A stretch of DNA of 64,000 bases from Shigella phage Sf24: the sequence record MF327008; one strand, written 5' to 3'. Below the pieces are notes generated by a model. That model was not told the DNA's origin. It ran no database searches and saw only the letters and a list, made by a program, of their open reading frames with translations. How positions within the stretch are numbered: position 1 is the stretch's first letter; every line of letters begins with the position of its first letter. Positions 10,637 to 19,728 of the stretch are shown one piece after another. A program made the translations under genes and the position numbers.

Positions 10637-10819
10637 TTATCCTCGGCAATCCACTTCACATACTTTCTTGTCATCAATGAAAGCTTTAACTAATGCTTTA
10701 TTAACTTCAGCATACTGAGTAGTAGCCCATTGAACGTCATCTTTCATCATTGTGGTTTCTTTAGTAAACATGCTTTCATTCTTAAACCACCCCATAAAAA
10801 CTACCTTTACCAATTCCAT
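10637..10819 (-). CDS. dmd: Dmd antitoxin (gene 61.5)
   Basis: 60 aa, MELVKVVFMGWFKNESMFTKE... matches T4 Dmd as recalled; early promoter and GAGGAG SD upstream. Confidence 0.88.
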   Translation of the reverse strand: MELVKVVFMGWFKNESMFTKETTMMKDDVQWATTQYAEVNKALVKAFIDDKKVCEVDCRG

Positions 10820-10848
10820 AACAATCTCCTCATTTAACCAACAAGATT

Positions 10849-10878
10849 ACTATACCATAGTCTTGTCAGCTTGTAAAC
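10849..10878 (-). promoter_or_regulatory. early promoter upstream of dmd
   Basis: GTTTAC-N18-TATAGT immediately after gene 41 stop. Confidence 0.65.
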
Positions 10879-12305
10879 TAAAATTTTAATTCATTTGCCA
10901 AAGCATCTAACTGAGCTCGAGTAGATTCATTTCTTTGATAGCGATTCTGCTCAGCCTGAATCTGTTGTGAACCTGCTACTTCGTTCACTTCAGTTGGAGT
11001 AGAATCTTGTTCAATTTCTACCCATTTCTGATTTCCTTTTTGAACACCCATCAAAAACTTATTCCATTTATTCTTATCGCCATATCGTGATTTGATTTGC
11101 TTAATGAGTTGTTGTTCAGCAGCTGCTAGCTCCTCGGTTTCAATGACCGCAAGCATAAAATCAGCTGTTGCTGGAAGACCAGCAGATTCTGCAATATCGC
11201 TCATGTTAACATCGGAAGAGTCCCAAGCTTGTTTACCAACCTGCGCTGCGGTCCAAAGAACAGTTTCGGTTTCAACAGCAAGAGCACGCAATTCCTCTGC
11301 AATAGCTTTAACAGTTGTGTAACTATTTTCTGAATAAACTCTAATGCGGCAAGATTTACAAATACCTAGATAGTCGACAATAATGATTGTTGGAACAAAA
11401 TTCTTCTTGAGCTTCAATTCATTCAAGAGAGACCTGAATGTATTAGCGTCTGCTCCACCAGTAGGATATTGCTTAACGATTAAACGACCGAGAGTAGATT
11501 TCTCACGCCATTTTTCCATTTTTCCTTTATATTCGGCGTAAGAAATATGTCCATCATCAATATCGTCAAGAGAAACATCGAGCATGTTAGCATCAATACG
11601 TTTAGCACAGACTTCTTCTGCCATTTCCATGGAGATATAAAGAACGTTATGACCAAGCTGCAAATAATCTGCTGCTAATGAGCAAAGTCCTAATGATTTA
11701 CCAACGTTAACGCCAGCCATTAAAACGTTCAGTGTTCCTGTTTCAGCTCCGCCTTTTGTAATTTTATTCAAAATACGAAGTTTAAATGGAACCTTACGAG
11801 CTTTATTCATATAAGATAGCCAGCGTGCTTCGTAGTCATCCATCCAATCATGACCAACGTAGCTATCAAATGAAATTGATAATGCTTGGCGCATGATGTC
11901 AGGAATAGCACCTACATCTGGCATTTTCTTATTTCGTTTTTCCGGAGGAAGCTCAGCATTAGTTTGAATTTCGATTATTTTAGACGTAGCATTAAACATC
12001 GCCCTTTGCTGAACATATTTTTCTGTTTCTTTTACTAACCAACTATGGTCTTCCGGAGAATCAGCTAGTTTTGAAATAAGTGTTTTTACACCAGAATATT
12101 CTGTTTCAGTAAATGAACTATTTTCTAATGCAACATTTAACGCATTAATAGATGGAACGCTATGATACTCATTAACATGAGATTTAATTAATTTGAATGT
12201 ATTTTTAGCTGGACCACTTTCAAAATATTCTGAATCCATATATGGCCAAACTTTTGAAAAATAAGCTTGATCAAATATGAGATGAGAAAGAATAATTTCT
12301 ACCAC
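10878..12305 (-). CDS. 41: replicative DNA helicase (gene 41)
   Basis: 475 aa; DnaB-like Walker A GVNVGKS. Confidence 0.95.
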   Translation of the reverse strand: MVEIILSHLIFDQAYFSKVWPYMDSEYFESGPAKNTFKLIKSHVNEYHSVPSINALNVALENSSFTETEYSGVKTLISKLADSPEDHSWLVKETEKYVQQRAMFNATSKIIEIQTNAELPPEKRNKKMPDVGAIPDIMRQALSISFDSYVGHDWMDDYEARWLSYMNKARKVPFKLRILNKITKGGAETGTLNVLMAGVNVGKSLGLCSLAADYLQLGHNVLYISMEMAEEVCAKRIDANMLDVSLDDIDDGHISYAEYKGKMEKWREKSTLGRLIVKQYPTGGADANTFRSLLNELKLKKNFVPTIIIVDYLGICKSCRIRVYSENSYTTVKAIAEELRALAVETETVLWTAAQVGKQAWDSSDVNMSDIAESAGLPATADFMLAVIETEELAAAEQQLIKQIKSRYGDKNKWNKFLMGVQKGNQKWVEIEQDSTPTEVNEVAGSQQIQAEQNRYQRNESTRAQLDALANELKF

Positions 12306-12314
12306 ACTTACTCC

Positions 12315-12653
12315 TTAAAAGAATTTAAATTTTTTCTTTGACCTTTTATTAAATGCATCTTGCAGTTGCATTGTAATACATTTTTCTACATGAGGAGCTA
12401 ACTCAGCTTTTCTTTCTTGGTCAAGAACAGCAAAGTCCATTACAACCTTTCCATCAACCCAATCCAGTTTAGTTACATACACTATATGTGTAGAACCATC
12501 TTCTAGTTTAATGACAATCTCCTGGATAACATTTTCCATAGCGGATTTAATTATCTTAAGAGACTCATTAAAAAGACGTTCTTTTCTTTCTTTTTCCCCC
12601 TCCGAAGAGGGGGATTCATCGATAATTTCTAAATCTAAATCATCTTTACTCAT
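12315..12653 (-). CDS. 40: gene 40 protein (head vertex assembly chaperone)
   Basis: Synteny between uvsX and 41; track ORF starts at GTG 12671, first in-frame ATG is 12651-12653; start ambiguous. Confidence 0.55.
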   Translation of the reverse strand: MSKDDLDLEIIDESPSSEGEKERKERLFNESLKIIKSAMENVIQEIVIKLEDGSTHIVYVTKLDWVDGKVVMDFAVLDQERKAELAPHVEKCITMQLQDAFNKRSKKKFKFF

Positions 12654-13827
12654 TAAATTCTTCCATATCACTTAACTGCTCGAGGTCAGTTTCTAAATCA
12701 GCTGCTGATTTACTTTTACTTTCTGGAGATTTAAATTTTTCAACCTTTGAGTTAATCAATTCATCAACTTCAGCTTCAACAATTTCATTACTATCAATAG
12801 CACCTAACTGATAAGCACGTTTAATAGCATCTCGGAATGGCTGATGCTTAAATAAAGGACCCCAGAATGTAGTGCAGTTGGTATCTTTTGCACGCCAAGA
12901 TTTTTCTTCGCGAATCATCTCACCGGTTTCTTCGTCAAGAAATTCACGAGCATACCAGCCATTTTTAGGTTTTACCACAAATCCTAATTCAAGAGCCATA
13001 TCTAACAATCCAGAATAAGGATCGATGCCACCGTCAAATTTAACATCAATAAAGAATTTACTTTTTTCTTTAACGGTACGAGATTTTTCTACATTTAGAA
13101 CAAATTGATACCCCTGAAGATCAGAACCATCTTTAATCTGGCGCTTACCGATAATGAATACAGTATCAGCCGAATACATTACGCCTGTACCACCTGTCAT
13201 CACGGTTTTACTAAACATTTCAATTGTTTCAATTGTATGGTTAACCGCAACACATGGAATATTTTTAATGCTAAAGTAAGGAGTAACAATACGGAATAAT
13301 GACTTCAGTGATTTAGCACGAGTCATATCTGCCACAGATTTTTCATTCAAGGCATCTTCAGTTTCTTTCTTAGAAGCCATATTACCGATTGAGTCGATGA
13401 ATACAATAACTTTTTCACCGCGCTCAATAGCTTCAAGCTGATTCACCATATCAATTTTTAGCTGTTCAACTGACTGAATCGGCGTATGAATTACTCGTTC
13501 TGGGTCAACCCCCATGGATCGCAAATAAGCTGGAGTAATACCAAATTCGCTATCATAGAATAGACAAACCGCGTCAGGATATTTGTTCAAATATGCCGCA
13601 ACCATAGTCAAAGACATATTTGATTTAAAGTGTTTAGAAGGCCCTGCGAAAATAGTTAAACCAGACTGCATACCGCCATCAATCGCACCAGAAATAGCAA
13701 TATTAAGCATTGGAATTTTTGTACGAATTACATCCTTTTCATTAAAGAATTTAGATGTAGTCAGTTCAGCAGTCATTTTAGAAGTGGAAGCTTTAATCAA
13801 ACGGGATTTTAAATCTGCAATAGACAT
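12646..13827 (-). CDS. uvsX: recombinase UvsX (RecA-like)
   Basis: 393 aa; matches T4 UvsX as recalled. Confidence 0.95.
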   Translation of the reverse strand: MSIADLKSRLIKASTSKMTAELTTSKFFNEKDVIRTKIPMLNIAISGAIDGGMQSGLTIFAGPSKHFKSNMSLTMVAAYLNKYPDAVCLFYDSEFGITPAYLRSMGVDPERVIHTPIQSVEQLKIDMVNQLEAIERGEKVIVFIDSIGNMASKKETEDALNEKSVADMTRAKSLKSLFRIVTPYFSIKNIPCVAVNHTIETIEMFSKTVMTGGTGVMYSADTVFIIGKRQIKDGSDLQGYQFVLNVEKSRTVKEKSKFFIDVKFDGGIDPYSGLLDMALELGFVVKPKNGWYAREFLDEETGEMIREEKSWRAKDTNCTTFWGPLFKHQPFRDAIKRAYQLGAIDSNEIVEAEVDELINSKVEKFKSPESKSKSAADLETDLEQLSDMEEFNE

Positions 13828-13904
13828 TCATTTTTTCCATAGGCATCATTATATTTTCCTCACTGGTTAAAGATAGAGTAATTATAACACAATAAATTTA
13901 GGCA

Positions 13905-14747
13905 TTAATCAACTGCTATTGGATGAATAACATTAAACTTATGAAATGCTTCTGATTTTTCTTTACGTGAAACGCACATGCGAAGAACCTTTAATGGTTC
14001 GTCTTCTTCACCCAACGATTTTCGTTTTTCAATATTAGAAGTTTTCCAACGAGCTTGCTCTGGAAACTCTCTATTGATTTGCTCAAGCGCTCTATTATGT
14101 TTAGAATTACTACGAATTGAACTGCACCCGCCAGGAGCTTGTGCTTTTCCAGATACAACCAGATATTTGAACAAGGCCAAATGCGGATAACCTTGATTAA
14201 TTAAATTGAGAAATGCATACATATCTTCGCACAAATCAATTTTTCCATACCCAATTTGTTCTGTCGTAAGTTTTCCAAGGTCATACCATGTATTCGTGAA
14301 TCCATATGAATTTTCACGATAATTACCCCAAGATGAAGTAATTTTAAAAATTGGTAGGCGAGCATGACCATGATAATACCCGCAATCCATGGCATCCTCA
14401 ACGTATTGAATCAATTCATAGAACTGTTCACGGGTTAATTGATTAATTTTATCTACGCAGCGACGATCATCTTTCTTTCGCATTGAGCTCATACGAATAG
14501 TAGTATCATCGTCAATCATCCAGATTCGTTGACCTGCATACATATCAGTAATTGCTTTACGAGTACCGGCAATTCCGTTTACATCATCAGGAATAGTTAT
14601 AATTTTAGCTCTAGACCCATAGGCATCATAATAAGCTTTTTCTTCATGTTCACGCACTACAATATGGGGTTCATAATCAGTCGGAAACATATCAAGGGCA
14701 GAAACTGCCCCGACACGCTGATAACTTGGAATTACGAATTGAATCAT
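13905..14747 (-). CDS. putative glycosyltransferase at the beta-gt locus (not T4 beta-gt)
   Basis: 280 aa from ATG 14745-14747 (ATGA overlap with gene 42 stop, AAGGTGAG SD); RIWMIDDDTTI DxD-like motif; does not match T4 beta-gt as recalled. Confidence 0.6.
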   Translation of the reverse strand: MIQFVIPSYQRVGAVSALDMFPTDYEPHIVVREHEEKAYYDAYGSRAKIITIPDDVNGIAGTRKAITDMYAGQRIWMIDDDTTIRMSSMRKKDDRRCVDKINQLTREQFYELIQYVEDAMDCGYYHGHARLPIFKITSSWGNYRENSYGFTNTWYDLGKLTTEQIGYGKIDLCEDMYAFLNLINQGYPHLALFKYLVVSGKAQAPGGCSSIRSNSKHNRALEQINREFPEQARWKTSNIEKRKSLGEEDEPLKVLRMCVSRKEKSEAFHKFNVIHPIAVD

Positions 14748-15484
14748 TTCCACTCACCTTTATAGTCTTTTTTCACAATATGAGTTTCGCCAGTATTCCA
14801 CCAATGATCAACCAAGTAAAAATGACGAGAATATACATGAAGACTTCCGACATTCCATATAATAGAACCTGCTTTATACTGACGAGTTGAATCGCCTGCA
14901 TTCAAATCAGATACTAATTTATCTAATACGTATTTTTGCCATGCATAATCATTACGGAATCCGAAGACCACGTCATTTGAGCGCATGCTTACTACTGCAT
15001 TGACTTTCTTATCACGAATCAGGTACTGTACTGTATTAGTACACATGAAATCTGACATACCATCTTTATTGTAGTCAAATTGCATGGATGGACGAGTATA
15101 AATCATGATACCACGTCGAGAATCAGGATTTTGACCAAGTTCAGCTAAACACATATCATACTGGGCATAGTTATCTTCTGACCAAATAGCCCAACCATAA
15201 TTCGAGTTAATTTCGCCTTTAGAAGATGCTACTTGTTGCCAAATCTTCGGTGTTTCACCTGGAATATCTTTAACAAACAAACTCTTAGATTTATACCATT
15301 CAAGTTCGCGCTGAATGTATTCATCATTAAGAGCGCCAAAAATAAACGGTTCATCTGCTACAAATGATGCGCCAATAATTTCAATAGTTTTAACACCGGT
15401 TTTATCAACTACGAAATCTTTTTCCTTTAATGCAAGCCCCAAATGAAGACGGATTTCTCCAACTGTCATATAATCGTTAATCAT
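14744..15484 (-). CDS. 42: dCMP hydroxymethylase (gene 42)
   Basis: 246 aa; thymidylate-synthase-like; matches T4 gp42 as recalled. Confidence 0.93.
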   Translation of the reverse strand: MINDYMTVGEIRLHLGLALKEKDFVVDKTGVKTIEIIGASFVADEPFIFGALNDEYIQRELEWYKSKSLFVKDIPGETPKIWQQVASSKGEINSNYGWAIWSEDNYAQYDMCLAELGQNPDSRRGIMIYTRPSMQFDYNKDGMSDFMCTNTVQYLIRDKKVNAVVSMRSNDVVFGFRNDYAWQKYVLDKLVSDLNAGDSTRQYKAGSIIWNVGSLHVYSRHFYLVDHWWNTGETHIVKKDYKGEWK

Positions 15485-15491
15485 TTAAACC

Positions 15492-15641
15492 TCAATTGAT
15501 GCATTCATATTTAATTTGTAACAGTAATAAACTCCAACCTATAATAAGTGGCGGAATCATAAGAGGAACTGTTACGCTATAGTATATACTTATTATAATC
15601 ATCAAGATTAAAAGCAACACTGCTATAATTTTGCTTTTCAT
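15492..15641 (-). CDS. hypothetical 49-aa membrane peptide translationally coupled to imm
   Basis: Hand-translated MKSKIIAVLLLILMIIISIYYSVTVPLMIPPLIIGWSLLLLQIKYECIN; ATG overlaps imm TGA (ATGA); GAGAAGGA SD. Confidence 0.4.
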   Translation of the reverse strand: MKSKIIAVLLLILMIIISIYYSVTVPLMIPPLIIGWSLLLLQIKYECIN

Positions 15642-15889
15642 TCCTTCTCTCTGATGATAATTACCTGATTTGGTTGTGCAGACTTTTTAGTTTCACCCGC
15701 AATTGACCAAATAAATGTAATAAACCAACCAATAATTGACCAGTTAAACAGTAAAGATGTGAAAAAGATTCCTACTGTCGATTTTGACCCACGCATCAAG
15801 GCGATAAACCATGGAAGCATGTATATAATAATAGCCAACACACCTGAAACTAAAACCATAAAAATTGAACCTGCTACTAAAGTTTCCAT
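15638..15889 (-). CDS. imm: superinfection immunity protein Imm
   Basis: 83-aa two-TM membrane protein; synteny between 42 and 43. Confidence 0.85.
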   Translation of the reverse strand: METLVAGSIFMVLVSGVLAIIIYMLPWFIALMRGSKSTVGIFFTSLLFNWSIIGWFITFIWSIAGETKKSAQPNQVIIIREKE

Positions 15890-15896
15890 GTTTTCC

Positions 15897-16277
15897 TCAC
15901 TTAGTCAAATTTTTTACACATGAATTATAAGAATTCACTACATACTCCATCGGAGCATTTTTACCGGTACGCCATTGGTAATTATTAGCCCAATTAGCCC
16001 AAATTTCGGCGCAGTAGTTTTCAATTTTTTCTTCGCGTGTAATTACATCAGAATTACGATATGCTTGAGCAGATTCATCTGGACGAATAGCTTCGTCAAA
16101 ATTCGCCTGCATTTGTTCGACTGTTTGCTTTGGAGCTTCTTTATAACACTTGACATTAGGATTATAAAATTTGCTTGAACAGTTTACAATTTTTCCTACA
16201 TCAGACTGATTTACTACCGGTCCTTGAGCTACACAACCAGTAAGACCTAATGCAATAACCAAAATAGCGATTTTCAT
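15897..16277 (-). CDS. putative lipoprotein (126 aa)
   Basis: Signal peptide with lipobox LTGC. Confidence 0.6.
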   Translation of the reverse strand: MKIAILVIALGLTGCVAQGPVVNQSDVGKIVNCSSKFYNPNVKCYKEAPKQTVEQMQANFDEAIRPDESAQAYRNSDVITREEKIENYCAEIWANWANNYQWRTGKNAPMEYVVNSYNSCVKNLTK

Positions 16278-16287
16278 AATAATTTCC

Positions 16288-16524
16288 TCAAATGCAAGTA
16301 GTAATTACTCCAGTAGTGCTTATGCAGGTATTACCCATTTGCACACCTAAAGATCCATTTGTATTCACATGAAGATTATCATCAATTTTAACTGATATTT
16401 TACCATTAGTGTGAATAACGGTGCTAGATTCAATCACAGGTTGAGTATCATTTTCAACACTAACAAATGGAACTGCTGCTAATGCAACTAAACAAACTGC
16501 TAAGCATCCCATAACAATTTTCAT
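16288..16524 (-). CDS. hypothetical secreted small protein (78 aa)
   Basis: Track ORF 16288-16536; start moved to ATG 16522-16524 with GGAGAATAAA SD; signal peptide; early promoter upstream. Confidence 0.55.
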   Translation of the reverse strand: MKIVMGCLAVCLVALAAVPFVSVENDTQPVIESSTVIHTNGKISVKIDDNLHVNTNGSLGVQMGNTCISTTGVITTCI

Positions 16525-16558
16525 TTTATTCTCCAAATCCGTATTAGTTGATAGTTGT

Positions 16559-16588
16559 ATAGTACCATGGAAGAACAGGGATGTAAAC
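16559..16588 (-). promoter_or_regulatory. early promoter with conserved leader
   Basis: GTTTACA-N18-TACTAT followed by ACAACTATCAACT...GGAGAATAAA-ATG. Confidence 0.7.
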
Positions 16589-16667
16589 AGTTTTGTGAAA
16601 AATTTTTAATGAATTTACAGGACCTAGAATCATCTGTTTTTCATAAGTATAGATTTATATTACTTGT

Positions 16668-16691
16668 ATGAAAAAGGGACCAGGAGGTCCC
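16668..16691 (-). terminator. intrinsic terminator after gene 43
   Basis: GGGACC-UCCU-GGUCCC followed by UUUUU. Confidence 0.65.
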
Positions 16692-16704
16692 TAGATTTAT
16701 TCTA

Positions 16705-19401
16705 TCAGCCAAACAGGAAGTCTAACGAAGCTTTTTCTTCATAGTCCATACCAGCCGATTCACACATGCCTGCAAGCGGTTTAACAAACGATTTTTGGAA
16801 CAAAGTTGAGTAGTCAATCCAAGACAGTACGTCAGAACGAATTTCTTTTGGAAGTTCTGTACCCGACGGCCAAGCAATGCATTTGTCACCAAATGGATTT
16901 CCTTCACGCAATGGAAGAACCATTACTTTATTTCCATCCAAAATTGGAGCTACACCTAAACCGCTAACAGCTCGACGATAAGTTAGCACACCACGAATAT
17001 GGAACGGACATTTAAATCCTGGCCAACCTTTATCATCATATTTCGCTATATCGTTCGCAGTTTTTACTTCAGCAATAACTTTATAGTCAAGTTGACGATA
17101 TTCTTTCTCGAAGTTCTTGTAATATTCTTGGACAGACTCTTCACCTTCCTGAAGAATACGACGAATACTTTCTTCGAGAGCTTCTTGGACCGCTTTAGGC
17201 GTTGAACTCTGCTGAGTTTCCATACCCATGATTTTTAGATGCGGTTCAGCAAATCGCTTATCTTCCATATCATAAACGTTCAGAGCATAACGCTTTTTCG
17301 CTTTCCAAAATCCACCAACGCCCTTTGAACCAAGTGGAGGGCAAGAAATAGCTTCACGGTCCATATGCATCAGATGCTCGCGGTTATTCATATAATCACA
17401 TAACTCACGATATGCAACATCAATCATAGGTTCCATCTTTTTCTTACCAAACTGATTCATGAATTCAACTAAATCATTTTGTTCTTTAAAGCGATCAAGA
17501 CCTACTTTTTCAATAACTTTATCTACACAAACATATACCGAATCAGTATCACCTGCTGCGATGAAATCTTCACCATTAGTTCCACATACTTTATTCAGAT
17601 ATTCATTAATTTTGCGAGCAATCCACTGAATACCGACTTGACCGAAAATTGTGATAGCAGTAGCATTTCGCAAATCATAGTAGCGGAAATGAATATTACC
17701 AAGAGCACCATAAAGACTGTTAATAAGAATTTTACGGTTCAGCTGATTTGTGTTAGCAAGTGTAGCTGCTTTTTCACATTCTTCAATCAGACTATTGAGA
17801 ACAGATTCGGTGTAATTCGATAATTCATTTAAGAAATCATCACTGAACTTAACATATCGTTCAACTTCTGGTTTAGTTGAGCAAGACCCTGCACCTTTCA
17901 TAATAATCTTTTTAATAGCTTCGGCATTCATTTCTTCCGCGAACATTTTCTTTTTCCAATCTTTACGCTGGAAAAATACTTTAGCGATTTCCTTTGGAAT
18001 GATACCTTCTTGGTGCTTATCATACATCCATCCATTCGGAGAGCAAGAATATTCATCACTTGGCTTAGGAGCTGTTCCTGTGATATATTCATGAATTGGA
18101 TGAACTTTAAACTGCCCGCGAATAGTCTCAGGACTAATGTTAACCTGACGAATAATGCTAGGATACAGAGACGTCAAGTCAAAACTCATAATGTATCGAC
18201 GAGCAATCGGTTTAGGTTCAAACACAAATGCACCTGGAAAACTCTGTTTAACATGCGAACCTTGTTGAGGAATAACCTTATGTTCACCTTTAAGTGAGTT
18301 AAAAATAATAGCGTCCCAAGTTTTAATAGGACTCATTACACCAGAAAAAGGCATTTTAGCGTAATAAGACATACTTAAAACTAGATCGATAAACCCACGA
18401 ATTTTATCAATTGCTTGAACTGATTCTACGTCAATGATGTTATAACTAATGTATCGTTGATGATTAGTCTCACGAAGTTTATTAATAGGACCATCGTACG
18501 GCAATTTACCTTTTTTGGTTTCATGTTGAGCAACTGATTCCAAAGAGAACGATGGCAAATTAGTAAATGCGAATTTCTTGTACAAATCTAAATAATCAAG
18601 AATAGACACGCCATCAATAGAATAAATTTCTTTGCTACCGTACATATTTTGAATTAGTTTAGATTTTACCCGACCGATTGGAGAGAAGCGTTTCATACTA
18701 CGTTCACCGAGAACCATTTTAACGCGATTCATGATATACGGAACGTCAAATCCCTCAATATTCCAACCAGTAAAAATAGCAGGTCGTTTCTGTTCCCAGA
18801 GATTAATATATTCCATGAGCATATCGCGCTCATTATCAAATGGCATATAAATTACTCGGTCAAGAATTTCTTGAGGAACTTCATCACCACCTTCACAGTC
18901 AAGCTTAGCAGCTAACTTTGCATCCCATTTTGATACTGAACCATACATTGAATTCAAAAGGTCGAAAACATAAAAACGATCATCAATTGAATCGTAATGA
19001 GTGATAGCATCAATTTCATATTCAGCTTTCATTGGGTCAGGAAATTTATCACCAGTAACCTCAATGTCACAGTTAGCTACACGAACAAATTTTCGGTCAT
19101 AAACAATTTCTGAACCGTATGTATCACTGATATAAGCGAGTTTAAAATCGTTCATACCGAGAGCTTCGAGACCGATGTCTTCCATTCGTTTCATCCAATC
19201 TCGAGCATCTTTCATTGATGGAAATTTTTGAGGAGCGCAGTTTTTACCATAGATGTCTTTGTATTTTGACTCTTCCTTACAATGCCTAAACATAGTCGGA
19301 AGATATTCTACTTCACGAGTACGTTCCTTTCCGTTTTCATCAATATAACGTTCAACAATGTTATTTCCAACTGTTTCGATAGAGATATAAAATTCTTTCA
19401 T
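16705..19401 (-). CDS. 43: DNA polymerase (gene 43)
   Basis: 898 aa; family B pol, exo motifs and GDTDS. Confidence 0.97.
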   Translation of the reverse strand: MKEFYISIETVGNNIVERYIDENGKERTREVEYLPTMFRHCKEESKYKDIYGKNCAPQKFPSMKDARDWMKRMEDIGLEALGMNDFKLAYISDTYGSEIVYDRKFVRVANCDIEVTGDKFPDPMKAEYEIDAITHYDSIDDRFYVFDLLNSMYGSVSKWDAKLAAKLDCEGGDEVPQEILDRVIYMPFDNERDMLMEYINLWEQKRPAIFTGWNIEGFDVPYIMNRVKMVLGERSMKRFSPIGRVKSKLIQNMYGSKEIYSIDGVSILDYLDLYKKFAFTNLPSFSLESVAQHETKKGKLPYDGPINKLRETNHQRYISYNIIDVESVQAIDKIRGFIDLVLSMSYYAKMPFSGVMSPIKTWDAIIFNSLKGEHKVIPQQGSHVKQSFPGAFVFEPKPIARRYIMSFDLTSLYPSIIRQVNISPETIRGQFKVHPIHEYITGTAPKPSDEYSCSPNGWMYDKHQEGIIPKEIAKVFFQRKDWKKKMFAEEMNAEAIKKIIMKGAGSCSTKPEVERYVKFSDDFLNELSNYTESVLNSLIEECEKAATLANTNQLNRKILINSLYGALGNIHFRYYDLRNATAITIFGQVGIQWIARKINEYLNKVCGTNGEDFIAAGDTDSVYVCVDKVIEKVGLDRFKEQNDLVEFMNQFGKKKMEPMIDVAYRELCDYMNNREHLMHMDREAISCPPLGSKGVGGFWKAKKRYALNVYDMEDKRFAEPHLKIMGMETQQSSTPKAVQEALEESIRRILQEGEESVQEYYKNFEKEYRQLDYKVIAEVKTANDIAKYDDKGWPGFKCPFHIRGVLTYRRAVSGLGVAPILDGNKVMVLPLREGNPFGDKCIAWPSGTELPKEIRSDVLSWIDYSTLFQKSFVKPLAGMCESAGMDYEEKASLDFLFG

Positions 19402-19419
19402 AGATATTCCTTAGTTTAT

Positions 19420-19438
19420 AGCCCGAGTTATTAGGCTC
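19420..19438 (-). promoter_or_regulatory. gene 43 translational operator hairpin
   Basis: RNA reads GAGCC-UAAUAACUC-GGGCU just upstream of the gene 43 SD, matching the autoregulatory operator as recalled. Confidence 0.65.
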
Positions 19439-19462
19439 TTGATATATTATACTCCAAATAAG

Positions 19463-19480
19463 GGGCCGAAGCCCCTTTGC
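19463..19480 (-). terminator. C(UUCG)G stable hairpin upstream of gene 43 (no clear U-run)
   Basis: RNA AGGGGC-UUCG-GCCCCU. Confidence 0.5.
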
Positions 19481-19481
19481 T

Positions 19482-19718
19482 TTAAATTTCTACTGTACAA
19501 CGCGATATAACGGACTTGCCATCTTTATTTGTGGTTTTGATAATCGCATGAAATGCGCGTTGGCGTGGGTAAACTAATCGTTGGAATTCTTTTTGGAATT
19601 CTATTTGTTTATCTTCCGGGAGGTCAAAAACCAGTTGGGTAGAAGACAGACCATATGTTTGTTTTAGATTTTCGAATATTAGAAAAGCTTCGGTAAACTG
19701 AATCTCTGATTGTGTCAT
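19482..19718 (-). CDS. hypothetical small protein (78 aa) between regA and 43
   Basis: Track ORF trimmed to in-frame ATG 19716-19718 downstream of regA stop. Confidence 0.4.
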   Translation of the reverse strand: MTQSEIQFTEAFLIFENLKQTYGLSSTQLVFDLPEDKQIEFQKEFQRLVYPRQRAFHAIIKTTNKDGKSVISRCTVEI

Positions 19719-19728
19719 ATAATTTACC

